DNA of 60,075 nt, the filler included, from Sphacelaria rigidula (lineage: Eukaryota), in the NCBI GenBank assembly GCA_964200075.2. It is 10 parts of 10 records of this genome, joined end to end, with 100 filler letters (N's around TTAATTAATTAA, not from the genome) between each part and the next. Parts side by side here need not be neighbours in the genome. Positions count along the whole stretch, not along the records: positions 12,038 to 17,955 come from CAXNAA020023500.1; positions 18,056 to 23,973 come from CAXNAA020023501.1; 8 more parts are not named here. The stretch is one strand, 5' to 3'. This document shows, piece after piece, positions 12,742 to 21,429 of this stretch. The notes under the pieces are model-generated. The model had not been told where the DNA came from, did no database searches, and saw only the letters and a program-made list of their open reading frames with translations. The position numbers and the translations under genes are program-made. The stretch's first letter is position 1. Every line of letters begins with the position of its first letter.

Positions 12742-13565
12742 CAAGCTGGGCCAGCCGAGAAGCGATTCTGCAGTTTGCAGGCCCATTATACGGCCAATAC
12801 TTGGAGCTGGACCCTGAAATTTGGTATGGACAATTGAGTAGGGCATAATAAAAAAAATGCTGGCGTACACAAGGTTTTCTCTTTCTTTCATGAGTTTTAG
12901 GGGCATCTTACCGATGTCTGAAAACTGATCATTGCCCTGAACTCATGAAGAAAAAAACTTGTGTACGCCAGTAATTTTTTTCATCATGCCCTACTCATTG
13001 TCCATACCAAACGTCAGGGTCCAACTCCAAGTATTGGCCGTATAATGGGCCGTTTAGTGACAAGAGTCAGATACGTTCGGAACAGTATTTTGCAGGCCAT
13101 TTACCGGCCCACGTTTGGTGTTTGTGTCATGAAACTTTGTGTGGGGCGTGGCTAGGGCATAGTCAACCAAACAGAGTGGGTCAGGTTGATATTTTTCGAT
13201 TTTTTCCACTGGATTAGGGCGTTCTACTATGGTAAAGACCATATTTCACGAGAACGGTCTAACCCTTATGAAAAACTGGAAGGCCCATTATTATTTTTTA
13301 TTCGGCACTCTTTTGTGGTTCTCCACACCAAAATTCGTCGCCATCCGCTAAATCCATCGATCGGGAGTTTCACAGAGATTCTAGTATTAGCGCTATCGCC
13401 CTTAGGTGTAGAAATTACTAGACATGGGGTTTAATCAACGGGCCCAAACTTTTGAGCAGATGGGCACCTTCTCCTTGATTAGACGATCAACACGATATGC
13501 GGATCACGACCCAACTCGTCTGTGTCGATGAGATATTGCTTTTAGAAATCCGTTTTTAGGCCTCG
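12742..13565 (+). mobile_element. Tc1/mariner-like non-autonomous element with TA TSD and internal long hairpin
   Basis: TA|CAAGCTGGGCCAGCC ... AAATCCGTTTTTAGGCCTCG|TA; the right TIR is partly deleted relative to the 38759 copy. Hairpin at 12780-13051 with ~130-bp arms. Confidence 0.7.
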
Positions 13566-14193
13566 TAAGGCAGGCCCATACTGCCCAAAATCAAACGAAA
13601 ACAGCGGGCAACGGAGAACCCACAACATACGCTGCAAATAACGAAGGGGGTTATCCCCTATTTCACAATCCCCTTTTAACCCTTTGACCCCGAGATCAGT
13701 CTTTCTGGATCATGCATACTTTTTTCACTTGAAATTGATGCCGGTTCAACAAAAGACCAATCTCGCGGTCTGAGGGTCAACAGGGGATTGGCCCCTTGAC
13801 GACCAGTCCCGAGTCCCATCGGCAAGCAGTTTTGTACAAAGTGGAACCCAGATCTGCACGCACTTTGACGAATGCGGCGGGTCTGGAAGTGGTCGTGAGT
13901 TCAAGCAGGTCCAAGGTCTGTGTATTGCTGCGGACAGTGCACAAGGCGACACAACACCTACACACCCAGCCCCGAAAAAACATACACAGACACCCACCAC
14001 TCACGCGCATTAGTTTCACTGCTAGGCCTTGCTAATGTACACACAGCAGTCTTTGTTTCACAGAAATCCGTTCTGTATCGGACGAATGGCTACCGCATGC
14101 ATGTCAAAAACAACTGAAAACGTGTCGTTGTGACCGCTTTGTAAGCGTGCGCTGCACCCGTCTCACACAAATCATTTCTGAATGAATTCTGAA

Positions 14194-14655
14194 CAGATTT
14201 GAGCAAGGTCACGCACAACGTGCACAGCTGATGAGCCGCTAGGGCTCGAGCTGTGTGTTTTTGATTTGCGGGGCCACCAAGTTCCTCAGGTTCAGCTCTG
14301 ATTGTAGTGAACTGTGTGGTGAGCGTCTACATGTGCCCCTGTCAACCGGACACGTATGTCCCCTTGGAGATGTTCGAAAATCCCCTTTTGGAAAGGGGAT
14401 TTCTGTGCACGGTGAGGGGATTTTTCAGGGGGGGGGGGGGTATCACAGCCATCAATCGCTGGTCGCTTTCCCGAAAGGGGATTATTCCCTTCGTTAAAAA
14501 TGGCCCTTGGAGCCACCTCTCAACGAAGGGGGTTTTTCTTTTTTTCAAAACGATCGTTAAGTGGTCGCTGCGATAGCACCCCCCCAACAGCACCTTGAAG
14601 CGGACCATAAATGTCCCGTTGACAGGGGCACATGCAAAGGCCCACCACACAAGCC
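14194..14655. mobile_element. Foldback/long-TIR element
   Basis: Starts CAGATTTGAGCAAGGTCACG. Internal inverted pair CATGTGCCCCTGTCAACCGGACA (~14330) / TGTCCCGTTGACAGGGGCACATG (~14612). Confidence 0.7.
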
Positions 14656-15159
14656 AACGAGAAAAACTGCACTCTCTTCGGAACCAGATTCACTTAAAAA
14701 GGCCCTCCAAGTACTCTATTCCCAACCGATTCTTTCAACGGTGCCCGCCTCTGTGGTAGAGTCATAATCTCTTCAGTGCGTTTGCGGAAAGAAGAAGGCC
14801 TTCGCAACGATATCATTTGAATGTACACAGCTGGCAAAATTCGCGGATCGCTGGATACATCACTTGAACCATAACATTCACCATGACGGTCGGAATAACT
14901 CACACTGCGGTGCACCAGTCACGGTGTACGGTCGGCACCACACGAGTAGAAATATCATAATACTATCATAAATGCATCATTTGTCGTTTGACGAGCCGTC
15001 AAAGACGCTTTTCAGTGTATATATCCCCTGTAGGCCCCCTCACCTGGCAGTGAGCTGGAACTGAACTTCACCTCATTTGTGCACCTTGCTTTCGGTTATG
15101 GCCGCAACTCCATCTAGGCACACTTGGGGCAGACAGGATCTTGTGTATAGGGGGGTCTT

Positions 15160-15200
15160 CTCTCTTTGCTCGTGGGTGGTGTTGAGTAAACACCAGGGTT
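15160..15200 (-). terminator. Histone-type 3' stem-loop plus purine-rich downstream element of H2B
   Basis: Minus strand AACCCT GGTGTT TACTC AACACC ACCCA CGAGC AAAGAGAG, ~105 nt after the stop codon. Near-identical motif after H2A. Confidence 0.75.
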
Positions 15201-15298
15201 GTTCAACAGAGCTGGGGGAGGTGCGTCATAATATTCACTGCTCCGCAAGTGCTTCTGCTCGTGTGGTTGTCGGACCAAGACCCGCTACGGATGGCCAT

Positions 15299-15649
15299 CT
15301 AGGAAGAAGTGAACTTTGTGACGGCCTTCGTGCCCTCGGACACTGCGTGCTTGGCCAACTCTCCGGGGAGCATCAAGCGCACGGCCGTCTGAACCTCGCG
15401 AGAGGAGAGAGTGGACTTCTTGTTGTAGCGGGTCAGCTTGCCGGACTCGCCTGCCACACGCTCGAACACGTCGTTGATGAATGAGTTCATGATGGACATG
15501 CCGCGCTTGGAGATCCCCGTGTCGGGGTGCACCTGCTTCAGCACCTTGTAGATGTACGACGAGTACGACTCCACCTTCTTGGCCTTCTTTTTCTTGTCTC
15601 CGGCCTTCTTGGGGGCCTTGGCAGACTTCTTCGACGGTGTCTTGGCCAT
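15299..15649 (-). CDS. H2B: Histone H2B, 116 aa, intronless
   Basis: Canonical histone fold: [38 protein letters not shown]...[20 protein letters not shown]. Confidence 0.99.
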   Translation of the reverse strand: MAKTPSKKSAKAPKKAGDKKKKAKKVESYSSYIYKVLKQVHPDTGISKRGMSIMNSFINDVFERVAGESGKLTRYNKKSTLSSREVQTAVRLMLPGELAKHAVSEGTKAVTKFTSS

Positions 15650-16014
15650 CTTTACTCTTTCTTGTACGTCAGTGGCTGGAGTGGGGTGCGGTGAGATGTG
15701 GTTGAGGTGGGGTGTGGGGTGAGCTTGAGGCGCGGACTGTACTGTGCGGCGAGTACAGTTTAAAATTCAAAAGTGGTAGTGGAGGAGGCATGCTTATTTA
15801 ATGTTCCTGTTGGCACCTCATGTTTGTGTGAGCCAATCAGCGACCTTTCAACCGTCATAATAGGGGCGTTCTTGAACCTTTTCAAATTTGAATTTTGACA
15901 AACACAGACCCGTCGCACTATTTTGCTCCCGTGACCTTCCCGCCAGCCCACACTTCCATTCACCACCACAACACACATGTTCAACACCCCAGCAATCAAT
16001 CAGCAGCATTAATC
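15650..16014. promoter_or_regulatory. Bidirectional H2B/H2A promoter with central CCAAT box and mirrored TTTGAATTTT motifs
   Basis: 365 bp between divergent ATGs. CCAAT at 15833-15837, AAAATTCAAA at 15762-15771, TTTGAATTTT at 15887-15896. Confidence 0.75.
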
Positions 16015-16392
16015 ATGTCTGGCAAGGGAAAGGGCGGGCGCGGCGAGGGCAAGAAGTCGGTGACCAGGTCTGCTAAGGCGGGTCTGCAGTTCCCGGTCGG
16101 CCGTATCGGCCGGTTCCTCAAGAAGGGCAAGTACGCGTCTCGTGTGGGCGCCGGTGCCCCCGTGTACCTGGCGGCTGTGCTGGAGTACCTGACCGCCGAG
16201 GTCCTGGAGCTGGCTGGTAACGCCGCACGCGACAACAAGAAGGCCCGGATCGTGCCCCGCCACATCCAGCTGGCTGTCCGCAACGACGAGGAGCTAAACA
16301 AGCTGCTCGGCGAGGTGACGATCGCATCGGGCGGCGTGCTGCCCAACATCCACGCTGTCCTGCTGCCGAAGAAGGTCGTGAAAAAGGACTGA
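16015..16392 (+). CDS. H2A: Histone H2A (canonical type, no C-terminal SQ motif), 125 aa, intronless
   Basis: [10 protein letters not shown]...[21 protein letters not shown]...[26 protein letters not shown]...[15 protein letters not shown]. The true start is ATG 16015, not the ORF-track start at 15895. Confidence 0.99.
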   Translation: MSGKGKGGRGEGKKSVTRSAKAGLQFPVGRIGRFLKKGKYASRVGAGAPVYLAAVLEYLTAEVLELAGNAARDNKKARIVPRHIQLAVRNDEELNKLLGEVTIASGGVLPNIHAVLLPKKVVKKD

Positions 16393-16467
16393 GCTTCTCT
16401 GGACTTACTATGTGAAGTCTTGAATCGAAGCAGGCCTTCTGTGCCCGCCGCAAGGTGGGGCCAAGAC

Positions 16468-16511
16468 AAACCCCTGGTGTTTTACTCAACACCACCATTT
16501 CAGAAAAGAAA
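16468..16511 (+). terminator. Histone-type 3' stem-loop plus purine-rich downstream element of H2A
   Basis: AAACCCCT GGTGTT TTACTC AACACC ACCA TTTCAG AAAAGAAA; stem at 16476-16493, ~84 nt after the stop codon. Confidence 0.75.
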
Positions 16512-17149
16512 TGCGGCTCGTTTTGACCGCTGTGCTCAAACTGTGGACGCGCACCTCGAAACGGAATGATACGCCTGACGGGTACGAATGATGACTGCAG
16601 CAAGTGAGTTGTGTCACTGGACGACCTGCGACATCAGCACTGCACGCCAACTACTGAAACTTTCGGATACGCGACCGTGGAAAAAATGTTTTGATCACTT
16701 TTCATCTCTGCTGGGAACCAAATCCTCTGTAGTCATGGTACTTGGGACGTGCAGGTCAGAGAAGCTCTGATATCGTTGTACCTATCTTTTTAGCCTCGTG
16801 ACCACCACGCAGGGTAGGCGATGTGTTGGGATAGCACTAATTCAGATCGAGAAAGTCACCTTGGTGAGGGAGCAGCGAGGTGAAAAATTCAGGATGCGTA
16901 GGCCCCAAGATCGGAGATTCGATTCTTCGAGGGGGAGGGAGGGGGGACATCCAGCCCGCTGTCCCCCCTAGTTTATTACCGAGGCGTTAACGGATGCGAT
17001 CAGCTGCCGGCACTTTCTACGATAGCCCCTCCCCAAAAAGTACATGGTTTTGGGAGGCAAAATTTACACGTGAATCGAAATGGGAAAAGCCGAGCACAAC
17101 AAGAAGCTGGGAATTCCCACGCCCTGTCTGCCGTAGACAGTAGAAGTCC

Positions 17150-17430
17150 CCATATAGATTACATGTTATTACAAATTTTATATTTCATACATGATATACT
17201 ATATATTATAGTCGATACATCGTAGGTCTATATTATACACATGCCTCTTCTCCTTGATATGTACTATCTTATACTACGAACAATATATTTATATATTATA
17301 AAAAAATATATATGACAATTTATCAAGGGGCAGTGTATACTATATGATATAATATTATTAATATATAATCTATACAAAATATATGATCATTGAATTATAT
17401 ATATAATGTAAATATGTATATAAATATGTA
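17150..17430. repeat. AT-rich low-complexity tract
   Basis: Dense TATA/ATAT content against a ~50% GC background. Confidence 0.7.
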
Positions 17431-18159
17431 AAAGAGAAGCAAACACACACTCCGCAAAGCCCGCCAAAAGTGTCGGATTTTGTCAATGTTCATGGATCAT
17501 TTTCTTGCAACAAAATTATCAGAAAAAATTCGAGTAAAGGGAACGTGTATACCGGCCCCAAGACTACGACCATATATTTAAGTAAATTTCGTTTGAGGCT
17601 GGTTGGATTTCAGTTTTTGAACACGGGGAAGACGAGAAAAACAAAATCAGGATAATTTTAATTGTCGAAAAAATGCCCTCCGACATCTGTCTGAGGTCAT
17701 CGGGACAGGACGGGCAACGAGCAGAAACTGAAATACGAACCCCACCAAGCCCACCATACTGTGCGGTTTTGTCGGCGTTTATTGATCAATTTCTTGTGGC
17801 AAAATCCACAGAAAAAAATCAACGGTGTTTATTGGTCAATTCCTTGCGACAAACTTGAAAAAAAAAAATCGAAGAAATCATGACAATTTTCGAAGAAATG
17901 CCCTCCGGGAGGGGGGGGGGGGGGGCGCGGCAAACAAATAAAAAAAAACAAGATANNNNNNNNNNNNNNNNNNNNNNNNNNNNNNNNNNNNNNNNNNNNT
18001 TAATTAATTAANNNNNNNNNNNNNNNNNNNNNNNNNNNNNNNNNNNNNNNNNNNNGGTCTTTCGTGCAAGACAGATATGCCACTTCAGCCCCATATTTTG
18101 TTTGAACCCCAAAATATAAAATCGGCTGTTTAGTAGTGAAAATGCTACTACTGTACGGG

Positions 18160-18980
18160 GGTAACAACACGCGAACAGATCGTGATCTGCTTTAAATACT
18201 ACTGCACGAGGGGCCAGTAACGCGCCAGGTGCATGGGTACTGTTGCACGTCGGAACGCAGACCGCCTCTCGCACGAGAAGCACCAGTACCAGCAGTATCT
18301 TGATTGCTAGTAAATGTGAACGGCTAGGGGTGGGACTGAATCAGCCGGTGCCGGTACTGCTGCTGCCGTTTTCCCTCATGCGAGAGACGGTCCGCGTTTC
18401 AATCGTCCTACAACGCCCACGCACCTTGCGCGTGATAGCCATCATGCCGGAAAGCGCTGGTCCGTACTGCCCGCTGATGAAGTCGATGCTTCCTCACCAG
18501 GCCAAGTGCTAAAAGATACAGCTGTGCGCATCTCTCTGTGCGAGCTGTGAACATCGGGTGTGTCTCGCACGCGTGGCTACTGCTCGTGGTGATGGGGTTG
18601 AAATAATAAAGCCAGCTTACAATACAGGGGAAAACAAGTGATATGTACTCGTACTGAGATGCTACAGTATACTGATACAATATGAGGGTAACGACATGTG
18701 AACAGATCATAATCGATTTCAAGTGGGGAGAGGGGAATAACGCGCCAGGTGCATGGATATTGTCGTACGTCGAAACGCGGACCACCTCCCGCACGAAAAG
18801 AAGAAGCAGCAGTAGCAGCAGCAGCATCTTTATTGCCAGTAAAAGTGTACGGCTGGGCATGCTTCTGAATCACTCGGTGCCGGTGCTACTGCTGGTGCTG
18901 GTGCTGGTGCTGCTCTTCATCGTAGACGGTCCGCGTTTCGACCGTGCGATAACACCAATGCACCTTGCGGGTGATGGCCA
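18160..18980. repeat. Diverged direct duplication (18160-18441 and 18688-18980)
   Basis: Shared anchors GAACAGATC, TAACGCGCCAGGTGCATGG, CGGTGCCGGT, AGACGGTCCGCGTTTC and GCACCTTGCG, about 520-540 bp apart. Confidence 0.75.
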
Positions 18981-19629
18981 CTGTTGTGCTGGCCACCTAC
19001 AAACTCTGCTCCAGTGCTGTGTAAGTTGACATCGCTAAAAAGACACTACTACCATAACCACCTTGCCGGCTGCCAGACTATCACACACTGTCAGGACGTG
19101 GGATCCGCTGGCATTGCTACTGTCTGTACGGGGGTGTTGCCCCCTTATCAGGTACATTTTGGAGCATGATGCTAGATAGATGAATATCACCCTTCCTCGC
19201 ACATAAGCACCAAACGCCGGGGGTTCTCACTCAAGACTTCGACAACTGCTGTGTGTCTAGGTGCCCCTTGGAGCAGGATGCGTTCGGTGTCCGTTTGACA
19301 AAGTTATTCCCCCAAAAATGAAATCGATAAGGATTTCAGACTGGAAAAATCTAGCAAAACTCCCATGACAAGAATCCCGACGCAAAAAACATCAATCGCA
19401 AGGATCCGATTGCAAGAATCACGACGCGAGAATCACGAAGCAAGAACGGAGTAACAAAAAACCTCCTAGTCGAATTTTACCCGAAGCAGAAACCAACTTC
19501 ACTTTGTGAAATTGGAACCCCACAACCTTGTGAGTTCCTCATCAAGAGAGAGCAAACCATCCGTACCGGCCACCTTCCGTTTGAGGGGGCGGGTTGTGCA
19601 AGCTGGCGGTCAGCATACTCCCCGCGTAT

Positions 19630-21429
19630 CTAAACAAGATCAGCATAACGAACGGCATCATCAATCTGTTTATCGGACGCCACTCCTAGCTCTAACTTCA
19701 CGCTTGAACCCTCCAACGTCTCTACTGATCCCGCACCAACAAACCGGCCAACAGACCCACATACAACTGCCGTTGAACCATAGAGCTGTTCCGCATTCAC
19801 ATGACAACTGCTACTGCTGGAGCTACTTTTACGACCTGCACTGCTCCAATGCCTCAAAGGGCCAGTATGCTTGCTACACAGTCCCATTCCAGCGCCACCG
19901 TGTGTAGAAGATGGAGCTGCCACCTCTACCTTCACTCCTGCTCCTACCCTTGGCACGGAAGACACCTCACGATCAGCCCCTGAGTGTAGCTTGCCCGTAA
20001 GCAACGGTGGTGCTACACCAATCCGCCTGGCAACAGGGTACACACTACGTTGAGCATCAACAACGTCGCTTGTGCCAGAACTCAAGCATGGTTCGCGCTT
20101 GCGTTTAGTTCCTCGCACGTCAGCAACGCTTCCTCCACCACCCTCTGTTATGCTACGGATCGAGGTGACCTCACCAGTGCTGAGCTCTACCGTGTTGTAC
20201 ACTGTAGCTACATCACGCGCAGTAGGATGCTGCCGGCACAATTTTGCCTCATCAAGGTTGTCGTTCTTGAGAATATCAAACTTCAAGCGCCCCTCCTTGC
20301 TAGTCTTGTAGCTCATCACATTCACCATTCCCGCCCTGGCATGCTTAGAGCAGAACTCCGCCTTTTTGGTTCCCGCTACACCATACGACGGCTGCTTCGA
20401 GCAGCCCTGGTCGCTACATCTCTTGCTCACCACATTGACCATTCCCGCCCTGGCATGCCGAGAGCAGAACTCTGCCTTCTTCATTCCTGCTACACCATAA
20501 GATGGGCGCGTGGGGCAGCCCTGGTGGCCACACTTCTTGTTCACCACATTCACCATTCCCGCCCTGGCATGCCGAGAGCAAAACTCCGCCTTCTGGCTTC
20601 CCGCTACACCATACGACGGTATTTTAGAGCAGCCCTCATCGTCGCACTGCTTTGACACAACATGCACCATCCCCCCCCTGGCATGCTGAGAGCAGAACTG
20701 CGCCTTCTTGCTTCCCGCCACACCATATGACGGCCCTTTGAAGCAGCCCTCATCGCCGCACTTCTTTGACACAACATCCACCATCCCCGCCCTGGCATGC
20801 TTGGAGCAGAACTGCGCCTCGTTGCTTCCTGCCACACCATACGACGGTTTCTTCGAGCAGCCCTCGTCACCACACTTCTTGTGCCCCACATTGACCATTC
20901 CCGCCCTGGCATGCTTGGAGCAGAACTCCGCCTTCTTCATTCCTGCTTCACAATAAGATGGGCGCGTGGGGCAGCCCTGGTGGCCACACGCCTTGTGCAC
21001 CACATATACCATTCCCCCCCTGGCATGCTGGAAGCAGAACTCAGCCTTCTTGCTTCCTACTACACCATACGACGGCTGCTTGAAGCAGCTCTCGTCGCCG
21101 CATTTCTTCGTCACCACATCCACCATTCCCGCCCTGGCATGCTGAGAGCAGAACTGCGCCTTCTTGCTTCCCGCCACTCCATACGAGGGCTTCTTCGAGC
21201 AGCCCTTGTCGCCGCACTTCTTTGACACAACATCCACCATCCCCGCCCTGGCATGCTTGGAGCAGAACTCCGCCTTGTAGCCCGGTACACCATACGATGG
21301 TCGCTTCGGGCAGCCCTCATGTATGCACTCTCTTCTCGCCACGCTTGCCATCAGCTCTGTCGCGTGATCTTTTGTTGAAGAGTAACTGCTCGCGGTAGGA
21401 CAATTGGCATAACAGCGGAAGGTTCTCAT
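19630..21429 (-). CDS. EsV-1-7 family cysteine-repeat protein (9 tandem 38-aa C-x4-C...C-x2-H units plus low-complexity tail)
   Basis: Unit KKCGDEGCSKKPSYGVAGSKKAEFCSKHARAGMVDVVS repeated over ~21336-20311, with a degenerate tenth unit ending LCRQH. It matches the EsV-1-7 repeat of Ectocarpus siliculosus virus-1 and brown algal genomes. The start could be Met27 (21351) or an upstream exon. Confidence 0.9.
   Translation of the reverse strand: MRTFRCYANCPTASSYSSTKDHATELMASVARRECIHEGCPKRPSYGVPGYKAEFCSKHARAGMVDVVSKKCGDKGCSKKPSYGVAGSKKAQFCSQHARAGMVDVVTKKCGDESCFKQPSYGVVGSKKAEFCFQHARGGMVYVVHKACGHQGCPTRPSYCEAGMKKAEFCSKHARAGMVNVGHKKCGDEGCSKKPSYGVAGSNEAQFCSKHARAGMVDVVSKKCGDEGCFKGPSYGVAGSKKAQFCSQHARGGMVHVVSKQCDDEGCSKIPSYGVAGSQKAEFCSRHARAGMVNVVNKKCGHQGCPTRPSYGVAGMKKAEFCSRHARAGMVNVVSKRCSDQGCSKQPSYGVAGTKKAEFCSKHARAGMVNVMSYKTSKEGRLKFDILKNDNLDEAKLCRQHPTARDVATVYNTVELSTGEVTSIRSITEGGGGSVADVRGTKRKREPCLSSGTSDVVDAQRSVYPVARRIGVAPPLLTGKLHSGADREVSSVPRVGAGVKVEVAAPSSTHGGAGMGLCSKHTGPLRHWSSAGRKSSSSSSSCHVNAEQLYGSTAVVCGSVGRFVGAGSVETLEGSSVKLELGVASDKQIDDAVRYADLV

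Noticed and set aside
15077..16603. ORFs 15077-15484(+), 15996-16469(-), 16118-16603(-) and the 40-aa extension from 15895
   Set aside because: Antisense or shadow frames of GC-rich histone genes; H2A begins at MSGKG.
20050..21320. Repetitive ORFs overlapping the EsV-1-7 gene
   Set aside because: Shadow frames of the 114-bp repeat.
15299..21429. Histone pair plus EsV-1-7 gene as a viral or functional cluster
   Set aside because: They are on different contigs separated by a linker, the histones are canonical, and no NCLDV core genes were seen.
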